NCBI GenBank assembly: GCA_043228905.1
Contig: JBHGNT010000003.1
Span: 5,394,001 to 5,458,000 of the forward strand
DNA length: 64,000 nucleotides
Source: Azolla caroliniana
Lineage: Eukaryota > Plantae > Polypodiophyta
Direction: 5' to 3'
Under the pieces are notes generated by a model. That model saw only the letters and a program-made list of their open reading frames with translations, searched no databases and was not told the origin of the DNA. A program made the translations under genes and the position numbers. Shown one piece after another: positions 1 through 14,370 of this stretch (positions are counted from its first letter, which is position 1; every line of letters begins with the position of its first letter).

Positions 1-37
1 AATTGTAGATGAATCATAAGAATGAGATAGTAACTTG

Positions 38-88
38 AGAGAGACACAGACAGAGAGAGAGAGAGAGAGAGAGGCAGAGAGAAAGAGA
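38..88. repeat. (GA)n microsatellite, imperfect
   Basis: gagagacacagacagagagagagagagagagagaggcagagagaaagag seen directly. Confidence 0.85.
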
Positions 89-3000
89 AAATGCAATGAC
101 ACAACTATCCTTTTCTGATCTTTCTGAACTTTGTAAACCATAACATATGAAATTCTAAATAATGTGGGATCCAGAAAAACCAAGGAATGATAATTGAGAA
201 TTGAGACAGAAGCGAGATTCAAACCTGTGCTTCCAATTGAGATGAATTCTACCACCAAGACACTTCCACTAATGGGTTGAAAGACATTGTTTAGCTGGGT
301 TGTTTTTACCCTGGCAGATTAACCTGAATTCCGTCATGAATCAAAGTATCAAGAGATGGATAAAACTGCGGAGCAGAAGATGTCAATATTTTACATACAC
401 TTATTATAGTGGGTTAGATGCAACAAAAATTCTATTACATGGAATGTATAATTCTAGGCATTTGCTTAGTAATTGAAAATTCTAGAGTAAGGATATAGAA
501 TCATTCCATTCATCACTCAAGTGGGCAAGAAACAGAACCCAAAAGATGTATATTGCATCATTCACAACTTACGATTGATATATGCACTATTATGAACAAT
601 AAGATGAGAAATGAATAGACGGAGAGAGAAACAGAGCACTAAATTTCTTCGACTGTTTTTTCTTTTTTAAACTTTTTGATTCAAAAGAAAATGGAGTCCA
701 TATATATTATTTGATTCTACTCGACGCATGAAAGCTAAATGGGTAGCTATAGTTAGGAGCCACGTTTTCTACACTTAGCTAGGGATACCTCAGATCATGA
801 TGGACGATTTCACGTGATAGGGATCGAATTCCATATGCATAGGCTCCATCCATATGTGTCTGAAATAGAAGTGACCTGCTGATCTATGCATGTGAGGTCC
901 ACATGTAACAACATATTGTGACTCTCTGATCATCATCTCCTGTGGTAGTGCTCATTTCTATAATTCATCGTCTATAATCTAACAACTATTCAGCCACTCA
1001 AAGTATCATCCTATCTACGATAGGCATTCTCCATGTCGGCTTATCTATAGACTATGATCTAGCAATAGCTTTTCATCCTTCACTAAAAAATCTATGTTGA
1101 AATCAGTGGTATCATTCTTTGATCTCATAGTAATTGCCTGAGCAATGGTGCACATATTCAATCTATGGAAAGCTATGCCCATGCTCAAAGCTAGTATAGA
1201 ACTAGGTGGAAAATTTATCTGTGCCATTCAATTGCATTTGTACCTTGCAATATTTTCTTGTAACTTTGAGATTTTAGAGACAGGTTGAACAATTTGTACA
1301 ATGCCCATGACATCCCCATCCGACCATATCTTCGTTTGTCAAGCCTTAGTGTTTAAAAAGTAAAGAAAACTCAAAATTTCCTTTATTTCCTTGGATGACC
1401 AAGGGTGTTCGCCAATTTAAAGGAAACCCATCGGTATTCTAGAGATCAAGATTAAAACATAGACCAAATCAATTGGTGACCCAAAGTGCTGATTTTAAGT
1501 GTAGGCATTACAGTACTATTATTTTCACTTCTTTTAAATTGGACAAAACATCTTTTAAAACAATTTTGTAGGAGCAAATAAGAAGATATTGATGTAAGTT
1601 TTTGTAATGAATGCAACAACAAATAATTACTTGGGTTTGAATCCAGTCGTATTGATTTATACAACATTTTCTAAAAACCATCATCTTTACATATTGAAGA
1701 TTACTAATTTAACTGAGTTTAAATGTGAATTTATAAATAATATTCTGAGGGAACACCATAAGCCTATGATATGATTCATAATAATAGTTTTTTCTTCTTT
1801 ATTGACAATATGCAACAATCTCCATCCAACAAGACAGAACAACAAAGAGACGAGCAAGAGACACAAATCATTAGAACCTGATATAGAGGACAGGAAACCA
1901 TCGATCCAACCATTGGATGTGAGTTTCTTGATGGCATGAATAACCCCTCAGAATTTGCAGCCCAATCGAAGTTTGTATGGCTGTCGATTGGAGCATGTCG
2001 AATTCATGTGCCACAAACAAACACCTACGGGACGGGATTTTTATGTGTACCGGTTTTTTTCTTCTCTCCTTTTGTTCTCACTTCTTCACCTTAGAACGCC
2101 ACTGTTTATCCTATTGAATATAAGGGTCTTTGTAAGTATCATTAGGACTTCTTTCTGAAATTAAATTAAACCATGCAACTTGAGAACTCCCGCTGATTTT
2201 ATCATCATAAATTGCTCGCCTGAGACCGAACCTCTCAGCTATGTTTTGGTCTGTCAGACCTCCATTTTCCACCAGGACGGATTCCAGCCACTTTTGCCAT
2301 TCATTGAAACATTCTATCATGGTTGGACATTGGGAAGACATTGTTGAAGAGGTGGATATATCCATTATTGATTCAATTGTACTTGATAGCAGAGGATACT
2401 GTTTTGCCAGTTCGCGATGGCTACTCCAATCAGGTATAGGAGGGTTTGGAAGGGGATCAATAGAGTCAATACCCAGTATCATGGCCACACTCAAAACATA
2501 AAAGAAACCATTGATATATGAAAGAGCTTTGGAGAGACACTCTGATTGAGATTTTGACCAGGAGGTGAGGGTGATGCCAGGTTGGTTTTGCACTGGGTGT
2601 GGCAGTATCTGATCCTCGCAATACAATTGGATTCTCACCGAGGTCACTCCTGAGAGTGAAGTCACTGGATTAGCTATTCCTTTGTCACCATTGGTCGTAA
2701 GGATGGCGACACGAGGGAGTTGCATCACATCCTCATTCTCCATAGGGAGCTTCAACAGCTTACCTATAGATTTCTTAATCTTGGTCATCACATCCTTCCG
2801 CACACATTGAAAGTTTTCATGTATTTCCCCTAGCTTCTTATTGTTTTCGCTTAGCCTCTTGGCTACCTGTAAGAACTCATTATTAGTGGCATCCACATTA
2901 TTATATAAATTTGAGATGGTTGTTCCCATATACCGGCTATATTGTACCTCAATTGCCTCTTCTGATTTTACCTTTATCGCGAACTTGCTACATTGTACCT

Positions 3001-4520
3001 CAATTGCGTCTTCTAATATTTGACGCTCTTGTGCCAGGTTATTTTTTAAGCTAGTGATGGTCAAATTTTGATGACTTTGGGGTTGCTCAAGTACATTGTC
3101 TTCCTCATGTTTCAGTAATCCATCCCCCGACACTAGCTCCAGCCATGCTTTACATGAAATAAGAATTCCCCAATAATTCTCAAAACCGAGGAGATCAATT
3201 AAATCATAGTTCGTTTGAGGACAAGGCATATGCGTATTGCGTGACTTCCAATCATAACGTTCTGGCTCCCCTCGTTCAAGCTTTTCTCTTAGTTGTTCCT
3301 TTAAATAAGTTATTTTCATGCATTGATCTTCTCGGTCTTGTGCCCTTGATGGATCAAGTAAGCATTCGGGTCGAATGACGCTCTCTATTAACTTCACCCC
3401 TTGGATGCCGGTGGGTTGAGCTAGTATTGTAATCAAGCTATTGATAATATGCTTCTCCACGTAAGCTAAGGTTCTTGGCATATCTTCTAAATTTTCAGTA
3501 TTGTTTACAGCTCGAACCAACACATCTATGACATAGTTTGATTTTGCTTGGCACAACACCACAATGATCTCCTTGTCTGCAAAACGGATGGATATGGAAT
3601 CTCTCCCAAGCATAATGTTAGCATTTTATTCGAAAGCATTGTTAAATAAGATTTGAATCCTAGGAAAGATTCCTGGTGTAAGAAAGGTAAGGTCTTTATT
3701 TTCGCACTCTAACCTCCGTCCCCTATACACAAAAGTATCATTGTCATCATTATCATCTAAGTTGCATGGTGAATCCCATTGAAGCTGATGCACACCAACA
3801 TTTGGCAATATGGCTGGGATAAAGATAAGGTCCACATTGTTTTCATAGGCACTGGCATGATCAATGCCAACTTTGCAACATAAATGCATAGCTTTCATCA
3901 ATCTTAGCACAAGTGATCCCTCTACTTTAAATCCAATAGTGGATCCCAAGTTCTCTTCTAGGAATTCTTGAACTACACATCCATTGTTAAACACAAGGGT
4001 ATCATCAGATGGTTCAGACTTTGTGAAGCGAACCAGGCTGGCAATGATGTGATTGTAGAACCAGTTGGGATCAATAATAATGACCGTGGTTTTGTTGGTG
4101 TATATGATGCTTCCCAACTCGCTCAAATCTGACGCAATCGTATTCAAATTGATTGAACCATTGAGACTAGAAGGTTTACACATCTTACAAATTTTAGTAA
4201 ACTTGCTCCATGTAATGATTCGCTCATTTGTTCTCTTCAAATGCTTGGACAATTGTCTGCTTACTTCTGCGCAAACTCTGTACTGCTTAACACCTTGGAG
4301 CATCTCTCTGGCAACTTTGAACAAATGCTCTGCTACAGGTTTGACGGAGTCCTCCTGTCTCGCATCAACTTCGAAAGGAGGGTCGGCAATGTAGATCACC
4401 CCTAGGAAATCTGATCGAAGTGAATGAATGCATGGTGAGAGAGATCTTGAGACCGACACCATTTGATCTGCTCTTGTGAACACCACCATCACTTTAAGAG
4501 TAGTGTTGGATTGGCGCCTT

Positions 4521-7500
4521 TGTTGGAAAATAAGGAAAAGAATAAAATTGTAAAAATAACAAAAATAAACAGTTATGACTCTTGATATGAAGAGTCACAT
4601 AAATCTTGTATTAAAACAACACACGCTTCTCTCTAATGTAGAGAGAAGAACAACCAGAATATAGAAAACTCAGAAATCATTCTTCTTTCTCCCTGTCTCT
4701 GTTTTTCACATGGTATCAGAGCAAGGTTCTATATACAATTATAGAAAAACAGAGAACAGAATCAACAAATTATTCAAGAATTCTATCTTTTCTCATAGAC
4801 TTCATAGAGAAACAACCAACAGAATCAATAAATCATTCTGCAGGCCAGAATTCTTATCTTTTAAAGATCTGTACATTCCTGGTTGTTCTGATTTTTCTGT
4901 TCAACCATGGCTCAAGCAATTCCTTCATCATCCCAAAACCTCCTGTATAGAAAAACAACAATAAGCAAATTGAACAGCACTAAGCAAATTGAACAGCACC
5001 AACTACAGAGTCTGGAGCAGCAAAATGACCCTCATATTCAAACAACTAAAATTATGGCCAGTTGTTGAAGGCAAAGAGACACAACCCACAACGTCAGACC
5101 CGAACTACGCGGCATGGGAAGAAAAAGATCTAGCAGCAAAGCTAGAAATTATGTCAAATCTGGAGGACCAACAAGCCGACGCGATCAGAAATTGCTGCAC
5201 TGCAAACGCCATGTGGATCGACCTGAAAAACGAATTCGAACCAACCACAGACGGAAATCAGGTCATGACTCTAAACTCGTTAGTAATTTTAAAGATGCAA
5301 GACGAAGAGGATATGTGTGCATTCATAAATTCATGGAAACGCAAACTAGATGATTGTCTTACGTCCGGAGTTGAAATAGAGTCCAAATTGCAAAGACTTC
5401 TCCTATTAGGTGCACTGCCACCATCATGGAGCACTTTCGTCACCACCCAAAATTTCAACACAAACACAACCCTCATTGACCTCATAAACTGTATAAGACA
5501 AGAAGAGGCAATGAAAAAGGCACGTCGACCGGAACAAACACAACACACATTAGCAATGATAGCATACCGTAGCAAACAACCCTCTCAAAATCAAAGAATT
5601 GAACACAAGCCCAGATATTACCCAGAAAATTTTAGATCACAAACCGGAGGCCTTCGGTTCTCACAAATTTTCTGCACCATTTGCAAGAAATCTGGACATA
5701 CAAACAGTCAATGTCGGTTTAGACAAACCAGAATTAAACAACCATATCAGAGATCTAGATCTCGAGTAGAAGCCCACTTAGCTGAAGAAATTTCAGAAGA
5801 TGAATCATACCAAACTGAAACAAATAAGGAAAAAATTGACGACGGTTATGATGACCTCATGCAAGCATTCCTTGCTGAAGCTTTAACAGCAGGAATCAAC
5901 ACAAAACAGAAATCTGACAACACCTGGTATTTTGATACCGGTGCCACTCATCACATGACAAATAACAAACAATCCATAACAAACTATAACCCCTTACCAT
6001 CACCAATTCCCGTCGTGTTTGGTAATAATGGTAGGCTAAATGCCTTAGGAAAAGGGGACGTAAACCTCTTTCTGGGAAACAATCAAGTTCTCATAGTAGA
6101 CAATGTTTATTTTGTCCCTGGAATCACAAAAAATTTATTATCCGTTTGTCAAGCAACAAAAAATGGCACCTCCATTAAGTTCGAAGAAACATATGCTCAA
6201 ATTAAGCATAGAAACCCGGATGGACAGATAACTAAATACATCTGTAAACATCTAGACGATGGACTCTATCGCATCCCATGCACACCCACAACCATCACTT
6301 TAGAAGCACACTATACATCAACAAATGAACAATCTACTTTAACGAATCTGTGGCACCATCGACTCACACACACTCATCTACAAGCCATAAAAAATATGCA
6401 ATTTCATAATATGGCACTAGGCCTTCCAAAAGCCCACCTCACAAACTTGAAAATCTGTGAAGGGTGCATTCTTGGAAAAATGCCCCAACATCCTTTTCCG
6501 CGCCGACAAACCACAAGTAGTCAACCCCTACAACTCGTCCACAGTGATCTTTGCGGCCCTTTTCCTACAAAATCAATAATTTAGTGGATCAGTATACTTC
6601 ATAAGCTTTATCGATGACTATAGTAAATTCACCGTTATTACTTTCTTAAAAACAAAAAATCAAGCCCTATCTGCATTCAAAAATTACCTTCACCTCGCTG
6701 AAAATCTCACTAACCATAAACTAAAATCCCTACAAACTGATGGTGGAGGGGAATATCACTCAACGGAATTTATAAACTTCTGCAAATCACAAGGAATCCA
6801 CCATTGGAGGTCTGTTCCTCACACACCACAACAAAACGGCACTGCAGAAAGAAAAAATAGAAGCTTGTTAAATGCTGCTCGCAGCATGCTACATGCCGCA
6901 AAACTAGAATCGAAATTCTAGGAAGAAGCTATTGCGACCGCTTGCTATATCCAAAATCGAATCTACCATCACTCCTTAGGCTTCCTCACCCCATTCGAAC
7001 TCTGGTATGGATATAAACCACACCTCCAAAATCTGAAAATATTCGGTTGTCCTGCATTTGCTCACATACCAGACACCAAAAGAAAGAAACTTGACACAAA
7101 AGCCAAGAAAGCGATCTTCGTCGGCTATGGCGACGCCCATGGTTACAAAGCCTATCGCCTATATAACCCTGATACAAACACATTTTTTTTCAGTAGAAGT
7201 GTCCTATTTGATGAAGATAACATTCTTCAACAACATAAGAGTCCCAACAATTACTTAACAAACACAGAAACAGATAAACACCATCAAGGTAATGTCACCT
7301 CCTGGCCAATACAACTTGACGAACACTCTCTACATGATCCGCATCACGGCTTCTCTAGTATAGCCGCCACACCATCCTCAATTTCTCTCAGCCTGACAGC
7401 ACCCTCACATCATCATTCTTCTGATGATGAATATGACTCCACGTTTTTGGACACCCAAACAAACTCATCACATGATGCACAATCGTCCTCCTTCTGTGAA

Positions 7501-9948
7501 GACAATAATAATGTGAACAAAAATCAGAAATTTACCTCGGCAAAGCGACCTGTCCGAAACTCTCCATCACAACAGGCCAAGAAAGATGATCATATCCGAC
7601 TAACTCCATCCTCTGCACGCTTGCTTAACCCTCGCCCACAGTCGCCCCTGCCTGCAAATGATGAGGCTTCATCCTCTACTACCTACAGAACCAGGTCTTC
7701 TGACGAGGATGGAAAAGACAGTCACGGCCTCGTGCGACCGACACAGATAGACCATCGCGATTTTTCTGAACAGCCCATCGCTGACCTACACAGCCGGAAC
7801 CTGAAAATCACGTCACCAATCCCGCATCCTTCACTCAGTTCCCACAACAGAAATGACCACTCAAACATTGGGCACCCACCTATTCTGTCAAACCCAAAGA
7901 TTTTCAACGACTTCAACTCTCCACACGCTCCACAAACTAAACATCAGCCCATCCCTAACACTGACACTACACCTCCTAGACGTCTAAGAAAACTATCGGA
8001 CATCTACCAAGAATTAGACGAACTAGAGTGTCATTTTAGCGATCTCGACACGGGGCATACATCCAACCTCGACGACGTAGATAGCCCACATACCGATTTT
8101 GAAGAACCTACCAACGTCGAAGAAGCACTTCAAAGCCAAAATGCAGATCACTGGATAACCGCAATGAAAGATGAAATGCATTCCCTCACAAAAAATAAAA
8201 CATGGGACCTAGTGGAAAAACCCACCGACCGTAAAATCATCACTTGCAAGTGGGTACTCCGAATAAAGTATGACCCCCAAGGACAACCTGTCCGTTTCAA
8301 AGCAAGACTAGTTGCTCGAGGTTTCACACAAGTACCCGGAATAGACTTCACAGATACTTTTAGTCCCACACTCCGAATAACATCTTTTCGACTACTTGTG
8401 GCCATCGCTGCGGCTAAAAAGCTTGAGCTTCATCACTTGGACGTTCAAACCGCGTTTTTACATGGTGACCTTGAAGAAGAGGTCTATATGGCGCAACCCC
8501 CGTATTTTCAAAATACACAATTTCCAACACACGTCTGCAAACTTCGGAAGTCTATCTACGGCCTACGACAATCACCCCGAGCCTGGTACTATCGTCTCCA
8601 CACTTTTCTAATAAAATGTGGCTATTGTAGACTTAAAAGTGAACCTAACATATATCTTAGAAAATCGGCATCCAACTTCATCATATTAGGAGTATATGTG
8701 GACAATTTTCCCTTATTATCAAATTCTCTATCTTATTTAAATCTTTGTAAACAAGAGTTGAAATCAGCTTTTCCTATCACCGATCTTGGACCCATGACCT
8801 ATTTTCTAGGAATAGAAGTAAAAAGAAATACAAGTCTAGGACAAATCTCACTCTCACAATCTCGATACATTGATAATATTCTAAAACGTTTTAATATGGA
8901 ACATTGCAAACCCATATCTACCCCACTTCCTACCACACTTAAGTTGTCCATCGAAGATAGCCCAAAATCACTCATAGAAGAAACTGAAATGGAAAACATT
9001 CCATATAGACAAGTAATAGGCTCCATACGATATCTAGTTAGCAGCACGAGACCAGACTTATGCTTTAGTACAGGATTACTATCACGTTTTATGACAAACC
9101 CTGGTCCAAAACATTGGCAAGCACTTAAGAGAATTCTTAGATATCTTAAACATACTAAACACTTGTGTCTTACTTTTCAATCTATGCATTCGGCGTCAAT
9201 CCAATCAAACTTGTGTGGATGGATGAACCCCTCAACTACGCTTCATGGATGGACCGACGCCGACTGGGGAGGAGATGTGGATGACCGAAAATCCACAAGT
9301 GGCTATGTCTACACCTTTGCCGGAGGAGCGATTGCGTGGAGATCGAAAAAACAAGCTACAGTTTCACTATCTTCGACAGAAGCAGAATATGTTGCCGCTA
9401 CCCTAGCTGCAAAAGAAGGAATTTGGCTAAAAGCCATATTAGAAGAAATAAACTTTGACGAAGAAAAACCAATAGAAATCTACTGTGACAATCAGTCATG
9501 CTTGAAGTTAGCAAGCAACCCAAGAATCAGCGACAACATACGTCACATATCTTTTAAGCATCATTTCTTAAGAGACATGATTGAAGAAAAGAAGATCAAC
9601 ATAAAGTTTATGCCATCAACTTTGATGTGGGCAGATTTCTTAACAAAGCCAGTAGCAAGTCATAAACATCTACAATGTTGCAAAAACATTGGACTACTCA
9701 ATCATACAAAAGCCGAAGATCAAAGCTTAGAATTTTGATTATTTTCCTTAGGGAGGAGTGTTGGAAAATAAGGAAAAGAATAAAATTGTAAAAATAACAA
9801 AAATAAACAGTTATGACTCTTGATATGAAGAGTCACATAAATCTTGTATTAAAACAACACACGCTTCTCTCTAATGTAGAGAGAAGAACAACCAGAATAT
9901 AGAAAACTCAGAAATCATTCTTCTTTCTCCCTGTCTCTGTTTTTCACA
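4521..9948 (+). mobile_element. Ty1/Copia LTR retrotransposon A, full length with short LTRs
   Basis: 190-bp LTRs at 4521-4710 and 9759-9948 (TG...CA, no difference seen); TSD GCCTT at 4516-4520 and 9949-9953; PBS tggtatcagagc (tRNA-iMet) at 4711; PPT agggaggag before the 3' LTR. Confidence 0.97.
4989..9738 (+). pseudogene. Copia A gag-pol polyprotein (gag, Zn knuckle, protease, integrase, RT, RNase H), disrupted
   Basis: CTICKKSGHTNSQC, WYFDTGATHH, LWHHRL..CEGC, HSDLCGP, RFKARLVARGF, YVDNF (normally YVDD), DADWGG, SSTEAEY; frameshift near 6580 and TAG near 6920. Confidence 0.93.
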
Positions 9949-10388
9949 GCCTTTTGGAGGCGAGGAACCTGAGCCAGTACCTGAAGCTGGCTTCGAAGTC
10001 TGCCATAGTTTTCATAGGTGAGGTCGATCGCTATTTTCGCTCAGCACAGGACTCCAAACAAACACCCACAGCGATGGCATGTCGGGGAACATACAATCAT
10101 GGAAAGCAGGGAATTGTTGTTGGCCTGGTATGACCCACAGCGAGAGTCTAATTCCCTCTCTTTCGATGGCTCTGACCGCGATTCTCTGTATGGGGTCAGC
10201 CTGGGTACCTTGGGGGATTCTAATATCTCTCAGCTTACTTCTCATTGATGGTATGCAGGGTGGATGGGTGGTGCGGACCTTGATTCCTCGTGCTCGTGTG
10301 CGGAAAGATGAAATTCTGCGTTTATGACGTCTGCGAAACGGCATGCGTTCATAGATGGAAATCAAGGTGGACACAAAGGTAGTCTTTC

Positions 10389-10489
10389 CTACGCCAAAGA
10401 AATTATGCAAAATGAAAGCTTTAGGCTAAATTGGCTTCTGAGATCAAATAATGTAGTGTAATGTAAATGTTAGAGAGTGAGTGTTTTGC
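10389..10489 (-). other. Putative GC-AG intron splitting the Roc P-loop
   Basis: Minus strand reads TCA G|gcaaaac...ttggcgtag|GA AAG ACT ACC; splicing restores SGKTT in frame. Confidence 0.6.
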
Positions 10490-11917
10490 CTGAAAATTGA
10501 TCTCCACAGATGACCAATGGCATGGAAGTGGCAGGCACCAGCTCCCAACCTAATCTCAGGATGTGATTGCGCTGGTTCCTCCATAGCTGGGCTTGGATGG
10601 CGGGATCCATCTTAGGATACTGAAAGAAAGGAAGGCCAGATCGAGCAAGAGCATCCACGACCGCAACAACAGCAGATCGGCTTAATTCCTTTGAGGAGTA
10701 ACCTAAATGAGGACTCTCTACTGAGTTACGCTGCATATCAAGGCTGTATAAGTGAAGAGGCGATGCTGAATCGCTGCCAGATGTCTGCTCTCCTATGAAC
10801 GGTGGTGCTAGGTGCTCCATGAAATTGATTAGCTCCTCCTCTCTCATATCTCTAGTATAACTGCTTAGAGAGAGCTCTTGGAGCTTCGGCCAATTGTGCA
10901 GAAAACCAATGCTCCTTCCCCAGTCAATGGATATGGAATCTATATGCAATCTCTGGAGAGAGGATGTGAGGGATAAGTGTGACGGACGAAGTTCTGCCAA
11001 TTCTGCAACAAATTTTCCGGAGACGTCTATACCTTCAAGGTGGAAGCTAGTGAGGGAGCTAAAGTCGCGCAACACTTCTATGCACTGATCGTTAATCCTC
11101 ATCCACTGCAGCGAAAGATGGTCGAGGCCTTTGAACTTCTTGAAGGCAGTAAGGACCTCATAAAGGTCGAAATCGCACTTGGAGACGAGTAGGCTCTTTG
11201 GCGCCTCATTACGCTCTGAAGACCGATAGAGAGCATCCAGCCAAGCGGACTGTTCTTCTCGGGTGAGAACCGTTAGATGCGGGAGATGAACTGCTCCACC
11301 CCTAAAATTGGCGGCATACTTGAGGTAGTTCATCCTCTGCTCCGGAGTAGTGTCACCTCTTAAATTGACCATGATGTCGTTGCTCCCCCAATCATGTCCG
11401 CCCCTGGAGTATGACTGACACGTACTCTATTGTTTTACCTCTCTCTATATGGATGAGGAACAGGTTCTTATCGCTGAGATCATTCATGAGATGAGAGCGC
11501 CGCTGCTCTAGCTGTGGTTCCCAAGGAATTGAGAGAGGGTTTAAATCCTTGAGAGCTTCCTTCGATTTCTGACACGCATCTCCGCTTTCATTGGAATCCC
11601 AACAAAATTTGATCAGGCGGTAAGGCGGTGGAAGATTCTGATCATGATCATGATTAGGTGGAGCTACAGTCTCCTCATCTAGGAAGGATGAGGAAGAGCT
11701 GCTTCAAACTGTCAAGAACTGCAGCCTTTAAAGGCTGAGACGGTTGAAGATTCTGACGTTGTTGTTGTTGATGATGATGATGCTGGGATGTTGCAGCCTC
11801 TGCAGCCATGATAATTATATGTATGAACCTAAGTGATCTGATTGTTTCGTCTGGTCTAATTAACAGACGGAGAGAGTTAATTGAAAACCCCTCAAACCTT
11901 TCCAGTTCTAGGATTGA

Positions 11918-12010
11918 CACATACATACATACATACATACACATACATACATACATACATACATACACGGACATACATACGCACATATACATACAGACAT
12001 ACATACACAT
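11918..12010. repeat. (TACA)n microsatellite
   Basis: Long acatacatacat array upstream of the ROCO pseudogene. Confidence 0.9.
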
Positions 12011-12289
12011 ATTACATGCAACTAATAATGTTGACTTCCAAATTGCCTGCCAGGGTATGGTCGGTCAACTACGGCATCGACAAGATAATGTGGTGGGAAG
12101 CATGGTGTTTACCTCAACTACAAATTTTTTTCATTTATGGAGGTATTGTTACATTTTACTATTCAAACCGTGGACTAGATCTTGAGCATCACCAGCAACT
12201 AGACAATGAAGTTGCAAATGAATCCAAATGATCATTTTGTATATATATGGATGGCATAGTAAAAAGTTGGTGATGATTGAGCAGATCCT

Positions 12290-12480
12290 CTCTCTCCTTT
12301 CCCTTTTCTTTTTAGATTATCCAATTGATTATTATTTCATGGGGTGGGTATCATGTTTGATGAATAACAAGTGAAGCTATATTATTCAAATCGGGACAAA
12401 TGAAAGCAAATTCAATATGAGTAAGAGAAGTAATCAAACTTTCTTTGGTTGGTTTTCACTTTGCCATTTCTAGTTACTTC
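12290..12480 (+). repeat. Diverged direct repeat, copy 1 (copy 2 at about 14038-14215)
   Basis: Shared ordered blocks tctctccttt..atccaattgattattatt..gatgaata.caa.tgaa..attcaaat..ttcaatatga..caaactt..ttggttt. Confidence 0.7.
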
Positions 12481-14037
12481 AGTATCTTGTTCTTGTGTCT
12501 GATTGGAGACTTACTAGTGGAAGTGAAGGATGACCAAGAAGTAGAAAATAACATGGAGCTAAATTTTGGAATAAGGCTAGGTAGGATTGACAAATACATA
12601 CATATATACGTACAAACACAAACATACATGGTGCATTTGGTTGTCCTAGGTCTGACAAAAAGTTCAAAAATTGAATGACACAGAGTTCAAAATTTGATCC
12701 CAGGACAAGTAATAATGGTGACTTTTGCAAGTGATGGTATGCTCAATCAACTATGACATCAACAAGATGACGTGGTGGGGTGATCTCTACTTCCACCCCA
12801 AATTTATTAATTATGGGGGTATTGTTGCATGTTTCTATTCAAAGTGTGGAGTACATCTTGAACATGACTAGCGAAGGCATTGAAGCGAGACAATATATAT
12901 GGGGTTCTATATTGAGTGCTCACTCAATGCTAATAGTCTAAGTCTAGTTAGCTTCTCAAGTGTATCTTATTTTTTGTAAAGAAAAAATTGACATTGGGCG
13001 ACTTGCCACAATGGCAATGAGTAGTACGAATAAGGGGAGATCACGATCGCAAGGAATGTCGAAAGAAGAGATCGCAAAAAACTTGTACAAGTATTTTGTG
13101 ATAGCCAATATATGTGAGATTAGCTGTGCCATGAACGAGCTTTGCAACCAAGACCAAGCGAACATAAACTTCGTGATCATGACATCTGATGAGAGCATAG
13201 GGGAGCTTCTATTGTCGACACAAATGACTGATGTAGGTGTATTGAATCACATAATTTTGAATATAGGAAATGCAAAAAACATCATCAATATGAGAGCTAA
13301 CGGCCGACTACTCTACTTGCATTTAAGTGCTTTGAAGAGGACATTGATGTAGTACAATGGCTTATGAGCAAGCATCCTCCATCTTGAACTGCATAGGATA
13401 GATATATTCCAATGAAGATAAACGAGAAAACAACAAATCCAATTTACATTCCCATTTATGGTGGCTTTAGCATCTTGTTGTTTTGGCACATTGAAGTTTT
13501 ATACATAGCATAAATTCAAATGTTTGGGGGCATTTTCTTCCTCTTTTCAAGTGCAATGCCTTGCTTCCTTTTCCTTCCATGAATTTTTTATTGGCCTCTA
13601 TAGAAATTTGGATAAGATTTTGGCATGCTCTTGAACCAATTATTGAAACAAATTTGTATATTGTTATTCGAGGATAGAAATGAGGAAAGGAGCTTGATTT
13701 ACATTTGTAAAAGTAAGCCTAATTTAATATCGATAGTTGGCAAAGAATAATTGAAAGCTTGAGACCATATAACAGTCAATTTATCTATAATTCACCAATA
13801 AATATAATAATGTCATTTTCAGAAGTGTATATTTAGCTCGTTTAAGTTTAGCGAATGTAATTTTGGGCCAAAGGTAAAAAGTTGTGACGGGAGAGATTAG
13901 TGGAAAACCTGACATATATATTGTAAGTTGATCTTCACAATCCTCACTAAGATGACTTGTGATCAAGCTACATGTACAAAACACATGGACCCATGACGTA
14001 GTAAAAAGTGAACAATGATTAAGCACATGCTCTCAAG

Positions 14038-14370
14038 TCTCTCCTTTCTCTTTTCTTTTTTGGGCATCCAATTGATTATTATTTTATTTGGTCAGTAGCA
14101 TTGATGAATAGCAATTGAAACAATATTCAAATGAAGACAAACGACAGAGAAATTTCAATATGAAGGACAGAATAATTCAAACTTTAGTCGATTGGTTTTT
14201 ATTTTGCAATTTTTCGTTTGGATTGATACATACAGCTAGTTTGGATTGATACATACATACATACACATACACGCATGCATGCAGCATACATACATACATA
14301 CATACATACATAAATCATACATACATGCATAAAAATACATACATATGTACATACATTCATTCATATATAT
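14038..14370 (+). repeat. Diverged direct repeat, copy 2, followed by a (TACA)n array upstream of the ankyrin gene
   Basis: Matches 12290-12480, then ggattgatacatacatac... Confidence 0.7.

Larger units (their letters stand above)
2111..11809 (-). pseudogene. TORNADO1-like LRR-Roc-COR (ROCO) gene, pseudogenised and interrupted by a Copia element
   Basis: LRR-like segment in ORF 10470..11372. The P-loop ICGDQFSG|KTT is rebuilt across an intron, followed by LSLWVIPGQQQFPAFHDCMF (G3 region) and FRYWLRFLAS. Removing the Copia and one TSD gives in-frame LASKRRQSNTTLKVMVVFTRAD (G4). COR-like IIIDPNWF, FIPAIL, GRRLEC..LTPGIFPRIQ and C-terminal IQLYCE..HPVQNQPG resemble plant TRN1. Lesions: frameshift near 10015, in-frame TAA at 3626-3628, and frameshifts in 11373-11680. 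The ATG at 11809 is tentative. Confidence 0.8.

Noticed and set aside
205-265. Possible SINE/tRNA-like head on the - strand (ggtggtag...ggtttgaatc)
   Set aside because: Too degenerate; no tail or TSD could be identified.
11675-12231. ORFs with MCMYVCMY / HTYIHTY repeats
   Set aside because: These are translations of the TACA microsatellite; only the part from 11809 leftward may belong to the ROCO gene.
12960-13352. 130-aa ORF in the intergenic region
   Set aside because: No recognisable motif, GTG start and AT-rich; cannot be supported as a gene.
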